From NCBI GenBank assembly GCA_038247415.1, contig JBBRUX010000001.1:64001-128000 (forward strand): DNA of 64,000 bases, written 5' to 3'. The notes under the pieces are model-generated. The model worked only from the letters and a program-made list of their open reading frames with translations. It made no database searches and was not told the origin of the DNA. Below are positions 44,444 to 53,491 of the stretch, piece after piece. The DNA comes from Chitinivibrionales bacterium. Lineage in GTDB: Bacteria > Fibrobacterota > Chitinivibrionia > Chitinivibrionales > WJKA01. Every line of letters begins with the position of its first letter. Position 1 is the stretch's first letter. Both the position numbers and the translations under genes were made by a program.

Positions 44444-45291
44444 GATGCTGTTTCTGTGTTCTTGTCGTTTTTAAGTATCACTTTTCGTTTAATTTCAGGA
44501 AGCTGTTTGTAGTTCTCTTTTGTAGATACTTTTGTCCCAGATTTTACTTCTAATGCTTTTCGTGCGTCGCCAGCAATTGTGCCACCTTCGATTGCGGCAA
44601 CTTTATTCGTTAAAAACCCAAGGGCATTTTTCTTTTTCGCAATTTCGGTCGTTGATGCTTCACCCAACATGGTAAAAATCAATTCAAGGTCATTCATATG
44701 GTCACGAAGATTTTCTTTGGGATTATCGAGGGCTTTAAAATCTTTATATTCCGATGGTGTCATTCCAAAAGTTGCCTTGCTGATTTCTGCGGTTAGAATA
44801 GCGTATTCTTTTTGTTCTTTGACTCCACGTTTTTCCCATTCGTCTGTAAGTTCGTCGCGAACGGCAATGCCGCGCATGCGCTTTTCTATCCATTCGTTTG
44901 AATAGCCTTTGAGCTTATAGGTTTCCCGCATTCGCTTTGAGCCAAGTTCGGGATTTTCGATTTCTTCAAGCCGTTCATAACCCACTGTGGCAAGCCAGCG
45001 TTTAAACGGTTCGGCTTTGGGTGAAGGAATTGATTGAATAATACGCAACAACCCTTGTACATCCGAACAATCCTCTTGCCTTAATTTCCCGTCCAAAGAA
45101 GGTATTTTCAACCCGTGACAAATTGTCACGAGTTCAGGATCGCGTTTTTTAAGCTGCCGCCAATAAGCCTTTGAGTCTAAGCTGTCTGTAAGTATACCAC
45201 AGACGTCTGATATGGAAAAATACCATTTCTGATTGCCCTCGTCCCAAAGACGACGAATTTTTTTGCTTTCGAATAAAACGAGATTGTTCAT
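44440..45291 (-). CDS. Bro-N domain (phage antirepressor-like) protein
   Basis: IRRLWD..KWYFSISDV, YWRQLKKR, RIIQSIPSPKAEPFKRWLA, NLRDHMNDLELIF. Confidence 0.88.
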   Translation of the reverse strand: MNNLVLFESKKIRRLWDEGNQKWYFSISDVCGILTDSLDSKAYWRQLKKRDPELVTICHGLKIPSLDGKLRQEDCSDVQGLLRIIQSIPSPKAEPFKRWLATVGYERLEEIENPELGSKRMRETYKLKGYSNEWIEKRMRGIAVRDELTDEWEKRGVKEQKEYAILTAEISKATFGMTPSEYKDFKALDNPKENLRDHMNDLELIFTMLGEASTTEIAKKKNALGFLTNKVAAIEGGTIAGDARKALEVKSGTKVSTKENYKQLPEIKRKVILKNDKNTETAS

Positions 45292-46481
45292 GATAATTCT
45301 CCGGTGAAGGCTTGGTGGAGGAGGGGTTTTTTGAGTTCGGCGAGGGAGGAGAGTTTTTGTTGGTAGATGGATTGGACTTTTTGGGTTTCAAGTGAGAGAG
45401 CATCGAGTTTAGCAATTATCTTCTTTTGTTCTTGGATAGATGGAAAAAAAGTCGAAAATGCAAAAAGGTGTTCTCGATTAACTTTTGGCATCCCAGCTCT
45501 TGCAGATCCTTTTATTGCATAATCTGTAAAACTGTTTGATAGTAACAAATAATATAAAAAATCTTTATTTAATGTCAAAGCATTAGGTTTTAATGGGTAT
45601 ATATCCGCGCTACATATACCTGAAAAATCCGGTCGTGCAACTTTTATTAAGTATGGCCGAATTTTACTATACAGAACCATTGATTGATCGAATGCAAACT
45701 TTCCGGAAATAAGGTTCTCTTCTTGCGCTGTTTTTAAATCGATTAAAACCTCTGATTTACTAACAATATTAGCTCCTCCGACATGATATAAATCAAGGTG
45801 TTTTTTTTCTTTTGGATCAATCAACCTTGACGATATTTCACAAACCCCATCGAGTCTTTTTTCCTTCCAATCTTTCCCCGGATTTGCAAACACGCTATCC
45901 AGATAGCCCTCAAACACCTCCCTCGCATTCGCCAAATTCTTCTCCGCAATTTCCTTTGCGCGGGCGATGCCGGAAAATGCTTCGTCGAGAATGGCGACGA
46001 TGCGTTTTTGTTCGGGGAGTGATTTTGAAAAGGTAACGGTAAGATTTTCCCATTTAGTTTTGTTAATAATTGGCAAAGTTGCTTGAGCACCTTTCCCCTC
46101 CAAAATTACTTTATCTTGAAAGTCCTTTGAAGTCATTGCATAGTAAAAAAATTTAGTTTCATAACCTTTTTTTAAAGTAAGCGTATTGATTTGCTGATTA
46201 CAGGATACACCTTGTTCGGAAAAGCCCACGTTACCAATAGTTGCGCCAATGTAAACCATAAATATTGAACCATTTTCAACTCTTCTTCCTTTCTTCAGAC
46301 CTATCTCACTTAAACCTTCGTTATCATAACGCAAATCACCCGCCTTGGTAAAGTCTATGTCTGCGGGCTTAATAAATGGAATAAAACTACTGTAGTTTTC
46401 TTTTTCCGATGTTTTAGGTGTTGTTCCCGTTTGAGTTATTCCGAGTTCAATCATTTTTTTTACTTCCCAACCCTCCTTCAT
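45288..46481 (-). CDS. hsdS: Type I RM specificity subunit
   Basis: Two TRDs, LPEQKRIVAILD and IQEQKKII conserved helices, LLHQAFTGEL end. Confidence 0.92.
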   Translation of the reverse strand: MKEGWEVKKMIELGITQTGTTPKTSEKENYSSFIPFIKPADIDFTKAGDLRYDNEGLSEIGLKKGRRVENGSIFMVYIGATIGNVGFSEQGVSCNQQINTLTLKKGYETKFFYYAMTSKDFQDKVILEGKGAQATLPIINKTKWENLTVTFSKSLPEQKRIVAILDEAFSGIARAKEIAEKNLANAREVFEGYLDSVFANPGKDWKEKRLDGVCEISSRLIDPKEKKHLDLYHVGGANIVSKSEVLIDLKTAQEENLISGKFAFDQSMVLYSKIRPYLIKVARPDFSGICSADIYPLKPNALTLNKDFLYYLLLSNSFTDYAIKGSARAGMPKVNREHLFAFSTFFPSIQEQKKIIAKLDALSLETQKVQSIYQQKLSSLAELKKPLLHQAFTGELS

Positions 46482-47362
46482 AATAATTCCTTCAGCTTAT
46501 CAACAATAGTCACCGAAGCTTTGTCCAATCTGGAAAAAGCAAACCACCGTTTACCAAGATCTTTAAGCGATGCTCCAATATGATAAACCTCTGTATCATC
46601 TATGATTAAAAAGCGATCATGAGCTTTGTTAAATTCTCGAATCATAACTGACTGATATTGTTCGTTATATTTTTGTGCATCCAGTTCAAGTTTCTTTGAA
46701 ATATTCTTTGTCAAAATCGTTAAGGAAACATCTTTTCTTATTTTACAAAAAAGAACAAGCACACTTTCATCAACATAGTTATCAATAAGAACTATTGACT
46801 TTTTCGCAGTATTGATAAGATTGTTTATCAATACATAAGCGTCAAAGACCTGTCCATCAAAGAAAACCCCCTGTTTTGGCTGAATAGCCCTTGTTTCAAT
46901 AGCGTTCAGAACATTGTTAAACTTTTTATCCGTTTCTATTTGTTTTATTTCAAGAGTATCGAGTCGTTGAAATATTCGTGCGTTAGTTAAGATAAGTCGG
47001 CGCATGGCGACAAAAGCATTCATGATCTGTATGCTCACACTGATTGCAACACTACTTCTAAGCACCGAAGAAAGCATAGCAACTCCCTGCTCAGTGAAAG
47101 CATAGGGAGGTTTTCTCAATCCCATTTTATCTGAATTGGAAGTCACAATTTGTGACTTCCAATTATTAAACTCTTCAATTGTCAGTTGAAACATGAACTC
47201 TTCTGGAAAGCGTTCGCTATTTCATTTGACAGCTTGGTTAAGGATCTTTGTTTCAACGCTGTATAAAGAGGCAATTTCTCTATCAAGAATAACCTGCCGA
47301 CCTCTAATATTTAAAATGTTTGCTTGAACTCTTTCGGTAGTTATTAATTCGCTTTTAGACAT
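46478..47362 (-). pseudogene. ORF6N domain protein with in-frame nonsense codon
   Basis: MSKSELIT...[41 protein letters not shown]...PYAFTEQGVAMLSSVL; TGA at 47222-47224 in place of Arg; C-terminal LIDNY / HDRFLIID domain. Confidence 0.88.
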
Positions 47363-48813
47363 ATCAGTTCCTCTATTTTTTTCAAAATCTCGGAACTCTC
47401 TTCATCCAAAGCCTTCATTTCCTTCAGAATCTTTTCTGGTGAGCGTAATGCGGCTTCTTCCTTCTTGTTTGGATTCTTAGCACTAAGATCAAAAGTGGCT
47501 TGATCAATTTTCTTTATACCTACTGTCCAAGAATTTGCACTCTCAGCAAACGTTTTCTGTAGCTTTACAAATTCAGCCAAATCATTCTCATTCAGCGGAT
47601 TGGTCTTCCCTAAATTTCTGTCAAGATTAAGCTGGTAATACCAGACCTTCTTTGTGGGTTTACCCTTTTCAAAAAACAGCACAACAGTCTTTACACCTGC
47701 ACCGGTAAAAACACCGCCCGGCAAATCAAGTACCGTATGTAAATCACAACTTTCAAGAAGCATTTTTCGCAACAAAACAGACGCATTATCGGTGTTTGAT
47801 AGAAAAGTATTCTTTATGACTATTCCCGCACGGCCACCGGCGCGCAAAATCTTTATGTAGTGCTGCAGGAAAAGAAAGGCGGTTTCTCCAGTCTTAATAG
47901 GGAAATTTTGTTGTACTTCGGAGCGTTCTTTGCCACCGAAGGGTGGATTGGTCAAGACAATATCATAGCGATCTTTTTCCTGAATATCGGCAAGGTTTTC
48001 TGATAATGTATTCGTGTGAATAATATTCGGTGCTTCAACGCCATGCAGAATCATGTTCATGGTGCCGATGATGTAGGCGAGAGACTTTTTTTCCTTGCCG
48101 TAGAAGGTCTTCTTTTGTAAAACCTCCATATCTTTTGTCTTCAGATTTTTTCCAGTTTTGAGATATTCAAAGGCCTCGCACAGAAATCCTTCCGAACCGA
48201 CCGCACCGTCGTAGATCGTTTCACCAATCTGGGGGTCTACCACTTTGACAATGGTTTTAATGAGCGTGCGGGAGGTGTAGTATTCGCCACCGTTGCGGCC
48301 AGCATTGCCCATGTTCTGAATTTTTGCTTCATACAAATGAGACATCTTATGCTTTTCCGCATGTGACCGAAAGCGAAGTTCATCAATAAGATTTATCACT
48401 TCACGAAGATTGTACCCGCTCTGTATCTTGTTTTTCAGTTCGCTAAATATTTCGCCTATTTTGTAAACGATCGTATCGGGGCTTTCGGCGTCGGTCTCGA
48501 ATTTCTTTAGGTAGGGAAAAAGCTTGTGGTCTACAAAATCCTTGAGATCATCGCCGGTTAAGGGTTTATGGTGATCAAGCTTGCCGTCTTTCTCTTTGGG
48601 CATTGCCCATTTTTCCCAGCGGTATTGGGTCTCAATTATTGTGGAATATGGTTTCCCTGAAAGTTCCGCCGCCGTTTGCTTGTCCTTTTCAAAATCGTCA
48701 AGATATTTGAGAAAGAGAATCCATGAGGTTTGTTCCACGTAGTCAAGTTCACTGCTGCATCCGGCGTCTTTGTGAAGGATGTCGTCGATATTTTTGAAAG
48801 TTTGTTCGAACAT
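47344..48813 (-). CDS. hsdM: Type I RM N6-adenine methyltransferase
   Basis: MFEQTFKNIDDIL..DAGC..ELDY, GEYYT, YDGAVGS, NPPF, GAGVKT. Confidence 0.93.
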   Translation of the reverse strand: MFEQTFKNIDDILHKDAGCSSELDYVEQTSWILFLKYLDDFEKDKQTAAELSGKPYSTIIETQYRWEKWAMPKEKDGKLDHHKPLTGDDLKDFVDHKLFPYLKKFETDAESPDTIVYKIGEIFSELKNKIQSGYNLREVINLIDELRFRSHAEKHKMSHLYEAKIQNMGNAGRNGGEYYTSRTLIKTIVKVVDPQIGETIYDGAVGSEGFLCEAFEYLKTGKNLKTKDMEVLQKKTFYGKEKKSLAYIIGTMNMILHGVEAPNIIHTNTLSENLADIQEKDRYDIVLTNPPFGGKERSEVQQNFPIKTGETAFLFLQHYIKILRAGGRAGIVIKNTFLSNTDNASVLLRKMLLESCDLHTVLDLPGGVFTGAGVKTVVLFFEKGKPTKKVWYYQLNLDRNLGKTNPLNENDLAEFVKLQKTFAESANSWTVGIKKIDQATFDLSAKNPNKKEEAALRSPEKILKEMKALDEESSEILKKIEELICLKAN

Positions 48814-48858
48814 TGATATTACTTCGCTTTCTTTTTCAATCTCACTTGGTATAAAAAA

Positions 48859-49572
48859 TCAATCGTTTACCGGCATTTGATCCCATACTCTGTTTTCAAG
48901 CACTCGACCATTCTCTTTTTTCCGAACCCCGCCCCACTGCTTGAAGAAGAAAGGTGTATTGGTTTTGATGCAAACATCTCGAATAGAAGTAACCCATTCC
49001 TTTTTCATTGGCCTTGCGCCTGGCCCGGACTCACCACCAACGATTACCCAATCAATACCAGAAAGGTTTAGCCCTGCAATTGGGCCAATAAGCGGCTCGA
49101 TTGATAGGAATTTTGTATGAGCACCCACCAGACGCAAATCTTCAATCCGTGAACGTGTTGCGGTATGCTCGACGGTAACGCCTTGCCAGATATTGGGTGT
49201 CCATTTGATTTTCTTTGATAATTTCAGCAATCTTTCAGAACGCTTGGTAAGGACCTGAAAAGTGTGCCACCGTGCTTTGTTCATAACAGAAAAGAGCTTC
49301 AGTATTTGTTCGTCTGAAATGTCCTCGTGAAAGGTGTCACTCATGGAATTCACAAAAATCATCCGTGATTTTTTCCATGAGAGCGGTTTCTCCAAGAGGT
49401 GTTCATGAAACACCGGAGAAAAACCTAATTGATATGCCTCTGTGCCCATTTCTTGAAGGCGCTTGGCCATACGTTCCGCATAGCAGTTCAGGCATCCGGC
49501 AGAATGCTTTGTGCAGCCGGTAATTGGATTCCAGGCTGTTTCGGTCCATTCGATTCGTGTGCTATGTGCCAT
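48859..49572 (-). CDS. DUF5131 / phage Gp37-Gp68 three-Cys-motif protein (radical-SAM-like)
   Basis: IEWT..WNP.TGC, CTKHSAGCLNCYA, FVNSMSD.FH, QVLTKR, SIEPLIG, WVIVGGESG, FFFKQWG. Confidence 0.9.
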   Translation of the reverse strand: MAHSTRIEWTETAWNPITGCTKHSAGCLNCYAERMAKRLQEMGTEAYQLGFSPVFHEHLLEKPLSWKKSRMIFVNSMSDTFHEDISDEQILKLFSVMNKARWHTFQVLTKRSERLLKLSKKIKWTPNIWQGVTVEHTATRSRIEDLRLVGAHTKFLSIEPLIGPIAGLNLSGIDWVIVGGESGPGARPMKKEWVTSIRDVCIKTNTPFFFKQWGGVRKKENGRVLENRVWDQMPVND

Positions 49573-49579
49573 AATACCC

Positions 49580-50308
49580 TCTATTTCTTATGCTGTATTG
49601 TTACTCTGATTGTATCATCGTTCAGATAAAATGCACCTGCACGTCTATTATTTTCTGCTCCTAAAAATCTGCTCGTGTAAGCTTGATGTAGGCTGAGAAT
49701 TCTGGCAACTCGATAAAGCGCGCAATGAATGCGGAAGAAATGAAGAATAAGAAGTCGGTGCGTTCTAAGCTAACAATTTGTGAGAATATTTCCCTTGTCA
49801 CATGTTTAATACCGTACTGGTCAAGAAACATGAATTGAGGCGCTTTAGCAAATTCTTTGAATTGCGGCTGCAAAATCTTGAAGAGGTTCTGAAAATCCTT
49901 ATCTGTGTGAAGCAATTTGAAGCAACAGTTTGGGTTATCCTTACTCGGGCATGTATAGCCAGTACCAGAATCGTGTTTGCAGTTTTCTAATGTAGCGTTG
50001 CAGCATTCAGAAAGTCGCTTCGCTTTGCGCTTTCTTGCTTCATTGAGAACAACAAGGACAGGCATATTTCTCTTCACAATTTCATCGCAATACAACTTGA
50101 TTTCGTCAAGAATTATAATCGGGCTGCCGGCTGCGCCATCCTTATCTGCACCAGCGCCAGCAAACAAATCATAAATAGCAAGTTTCTGCCATATTCTATT
50201 GTGATCCTTTATAAAAACGGGCAGCCAGTTCCTAAGATATTGCCGCAATATCTCAAGCTTAATCAATGTGCCTTCATCGAAGGATTTTTTATGCATGTCT
50301 GCTGGCAT
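49580..50308 (-). pseudogene. tcmP: Three-Cys-motif partner protein TcmP, apparently with an internal deletion
   Basis: T..KLEIL..YL..W, DLFAGAG, GSP, FLDQYG; stops at 49661 after 215 aa; short residual frame RRAGAFYL...KK* follows. Confidence 0.72.
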
Positions 50309-50469
50309 GAACGCTCTTCTTTCTTCATTCCGGCACCCCGCCTCTGAATTGCTTTGTCTTTTTCTGTGACCCTTGGAAATCCCTAACGAGAGACCCCGCC
50401 GTCTTCAAATTCTATTTTGTCATCATTCTTTGCGCGTGCCTATACTTCAATCATGCCTGGTTTATTGTG

Positions 50470-50706
50470 CACAACTGCAGCTTTATTAATTGTTTGTATT
50501 CGCTCTGCTCTTGAAAAAAAGACTGAATTTGCCGTTTTGAGAATCTTGGCACACATGGTGGGATCTTACTGGATGTAATCGGAAAGCATCCCTGCATCCA
50601 CTTCTGGCTCCTGCGATTTTTGCAGGATCTTGAGGGCAACGGCAGGCTGAGTACCACTATGCTCGATATTCCAGATGATGTGCTGAAAAGTAGTTTCGTC
50701 AATCAC
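50470..50706 (-). pseudogene. HDOD domain N-terminal fragment
   Basis: PAVALKILQ...DAGMLSDYIQ*DPTMCAKILKTANSVFFSRAERIQTINKA; stop at 50566-50568. Confidence 0.75.
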
Positions 50707-50855
50707 TATAAAGCTTTCTGTCAAACAGTGTAAGTACCGTTTCAAGAATACTGGCCAATTCACGCGTGCGAAAATAAATTGCAATTGCGGCAAGCAAGGA
50801 ATCTACCACTATTGCTGTTACGTTAAATATAAACACTGCATCCGCCAACATGCTA

Positions 50856-51257
50856 TTATGATCCAGTTTTGATTGTGAAGTAAAATCGTTTTTCCGAAGA
50901 CTCCCCATCCCAGGCATACCCGCTGAATATCTTGATAAAGTACTGCCCTGGCACCAGATACTTCTTATAGCGCAAACTCCCTTGTCCGTCGTCATAGGCA
51001 CTGCCTAGACTGACAAGCTCCTTATCAAACAAATACATCTGGAAACTTGGTAGTTTCGAAGAGATTGAATCAACCGAAAATTTGTATCGTAGTTCCGAGG
51101 ATGCATCAGCGTATCCATCATAGATTTGAAAATAGTACGTTCCCTTCTTCAGGGAATACCCAAAGATATTCGGTACGCCCGAAGTAATGTATTTATAGGA
51201 AACTTGTGTGCCCTCAAAATCAAGCAAGTCAATTACCACCACACACCCCTTTTTCAT
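50856..51257 (-). CDS. Hypothetical protein/fragment with two PPC-like beta repeats
   Basis: GTYYFQIYDGY..SSELRYKF and GQYFIKIFSGY...SSEKRFYF. Confidence 0.45.
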   Translation of the reverse strand: MKKGCVVVIDLLDFEGTQVSYKYITSGVPNIFGYSLKKGTYYFQIYDGYADASSELRYKFSVDSISSKLPSFQMYLFDKELVSLGSAYDDGQGSLRYKKYLVPGQYFIKIFSGYAWDGESSEKRFYFTIKTGS

Positions 51258-51376
51258 TAATTTTTTTTATTTAAAAAAATCTTTCATTGAGTGCATTTTT
51301 TCCTAGGAGTTAGCAAACACCGAAAGTATATTGCCTGCAAATGTGGGTTTTACCCTTTATTTGCAGGAGGTTTAGA

Positions 51377-52585
51377 ATGCCCCAACAAATCACAATTTCC
51401 GAATCCCCGCTCACCCTTGATGCACTTTGGCAACATTGGATTCGAAAAACAGCCCATGCGTTAGCTCTTTCTCCTTCCATGCCATGCGGTACAACTGCTC
51501 TGGTCGAGAGATTTTTAACGGCAAACCCTGGCGACCCAAGAGCAATACCGCCATCGCAGGTGGTTTCGTTTATCGATAAAGGTTTAGAAAACTTCCGTGA
51601 CGCTCTTACATTCTTTTATGACCAGGTAGCTCACTCTCCCGATCATCTAGAGGTTCTTAAACAAATGCAATCCAAGCAGGCAGCACCAAATCTTTTGCTT
51701 TTTTCCCCAACCCAAGCAGCAATTCCAACACTCAAAGAGATTGGAACCTATTTAAATGCGCATACAAAAATGTTGCACCTTCACGAATACTGCTCGCGTA
51801 CCCAAATAAATTATGTACAAGCAGTAGAACAATTTCTAATCTTTTGCCATAATCAGAAGCTTATTCTTAATGCACCAAGCGTGAACACCTATCTTAAGTT
51901 TCTTAAAAATCAACACGAGTGGGCTGCTCGAACCATTAATCTCAATGTTTCGGCGTTACGATTTTTCTTTGAACAAGTGCTCTCGATAGAGCTTTCTAAC
52001 GAGACTGTACCATGCGAAAAAGCACGCCGTCCTTTGCCCCGGATCCATACTCTTTATGAAGTACGAAAAATTATTGAGAGCGCCCGTATGAAAAAACACC
52101 GAATTATTCTGATGCTGGCTTATGGATGCGGTTTGCGGGTCGACGAGATACGAAAACTGACCCCACACAGTATCGATTTAGGCCGCAAAAACATTCAAAT
52201 AGGAGAAGGCGATAAAGCTCGCTTGGTAATGCTTGACAAAAGTATCTGCATCGAAATCGAACGCTTTATGAGCACACTGCGTAAACCACGCTACCTTTTT
52301 GAAAACGAACGCATTAGCAAACCCATTACCGCGCGAGCAATAGCATCTATGTATGACAGTGCTTGTCTTAAAGCGAATATTTCATCACAGGGGGGAATTC
52401 ATACGCTGCGCCACTCTTTCGCCGTGCATCTTATTCAACAAGGTATCGATTTGCGGCATGTGCAGGAGCTTTTGGGACATAAGAATAGCAGAACAACCGA
52501 AATGTATTCATGCTATTGCACCAAAGAACCGCAAACCATTAAAAGTCCCATTGCTCAACTCAAACTCGTTACTTCACAAACCTGA
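51377..52585 (+). CDS. Tyrosine recombinase (IntI/Xer-related) with extended N-terminus
   Basis: YGCGLRVDE, HTLRHSFA.HL, VQELLGH, TTEMY; AGGAGG RBS before ATG 51377. Confidence 0.92.
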   Translation: MPQQITISESPLTLDALWQHWIRKTAHALALSPSMPCGTTALVERFLTANPGDPRAIPPSQVVSFIDKGLENFRDALTFFYDQVAHSPDHLEVLKQMQSKQAAPNLLLFSPTQAAIPTLKEIGTYLNAHTKMLHLHEYCSRTQINYVQAVEQFLIFCHNQKLILNAPSVNTYLKFLKNQHEWAARTINLNVSALRFFFEQVLSIELSNETVPCEKARRPLPRIHTLYEVRKIIESARMKKHRIILMLAYGCGLRVDEIRKLTPHSIDLGRKNIQIGEGDKARLVMLDKSICIEIERFMSTLRKPRYLFENERISKPITARAIASMYDSACLKANISSQGGIHTLRHSFAVHLIQQGIDLRHVQELLGHKNSRTTEMYSCYCTKEPQTIKSPIAQLKLVTSQT

Positions 52586-52597
52586 GTGCAGCATTTC

Positions 52598-53491
52598 TTA
52601 CCGGTGCCATAAAGCGAGGATAGATCCGGCTATCATGAGGATTGAAGCAAGAGAAGCGCGTAGAAGCTTTCGTTCCGAAAAAAGGGCCCCACCGCCCACT
52701 ACCGTTAGTAACACAGAAAACAAAGTAAGCATTTTTACATAGGTGACGCCACTTGACACAGAGACCGCAGCAGCCACTGCTGCCATTTGAGCATAAAACC
52801 CGGCAATCCATAAAAGACCTTGAATAATCACACTCCAGGTGCAACCTGCTAAAAGCGTTGTACGCCATGACTTGCGCGCAATAATGGCCAGCATGAGGCC
52901 ACTTGACACAACGCTAAAAAAGAATGAGTATAAAAGTGCATCCCCAGCTCCAATAGCAATTCTATCGAGAACCGTAGTTAAACCAAATGCCAGAGCAACA
53001 CCAATCATGATGTGTGCTGTCTTATTGTTTGTAAATGCCTTAAAAGTAGCCCTACCTGTTGACCCAGCCTGATAATTAAGAATAAATGCTCCTGCGCACG
53101 CAAGAACAAGACCCCACAAGGATAGCGCTGGTGGTACTTGACGTAGCAATAGAGCAGCACAAGGAACCATGAACAGGGGCGTTAGACTTTGGTAGGGGAT
53201 ACACGTTGAAACAGGATTACGCTGCAAAATGCGAATTTGCAGAATGCCCCCAACGGCCGTTATGGTTACTGTTATGCATAAGATACCAAAAAACGTAAGG
53301 GGAGTATGAATTTCATGATGCCCCCTGTACAAAAGCGGGAGCAATGCAATCATGCCAATGAACCGTGTCCAAAAAACTAGGACATCTGGGGCAATGCTAG
53401 AGCAAAAACGTTTGATGCAAACTTGGCGACATGCAATAAAACACGCCGACAAACATGCTAAAAAAATCCAGGAATGTGATACACTACTCAT
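52598..53491 (-). CDS. EamA/DMT family transporter
   Basis: About 10 TM segments in two repeats, P..SLTPLF, LFSERK. Confidence 0.8.
   Translation of the reverse strand: MSSVSHSWIFLACLSACFIACRQVCIKRFCSSIAPDVLVFWTRFIGMIALLPLLYRGHHEIHTPLTFFGILCITVTITAVGGILQIRILQRNPVSTCIPYQSLTPLFMVPCAALLLRQVPPALSLWGLVLACAGAFILNYQAGSTGRATFKAFTNNKTAHIMIGVALAFGLTTVLDRIAIGAGDALLYSFFFSVVSSGLMLAIIARKSWRTTLLAGCTWSVIIQGLLWIAGFYAQMAAVAAAVSVSSGVTYVKMLTLFSVLLTVVGGGALFSERKLLRASLASILMIAGSILALWHR

Larger units (their letters stand above)
41356..52585. mobile_element. Decaying accessory/defence island with a tyrosine recombinase at its right end
   Basis: Interrupts housekeeping synteny after dxr; RM, antirepressor-like and IS remnants; many nonsense codons and truncations. 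Boundaries approximate, no att repeats found. Confidence 0.65.

Noticed and set aside
51377..52585. Canonical integron integrase with attC array
   Set aside because: Lacks the IntI-specific insertion, and no complete repeated attC sites were found; kept only as a weak hypothesis.
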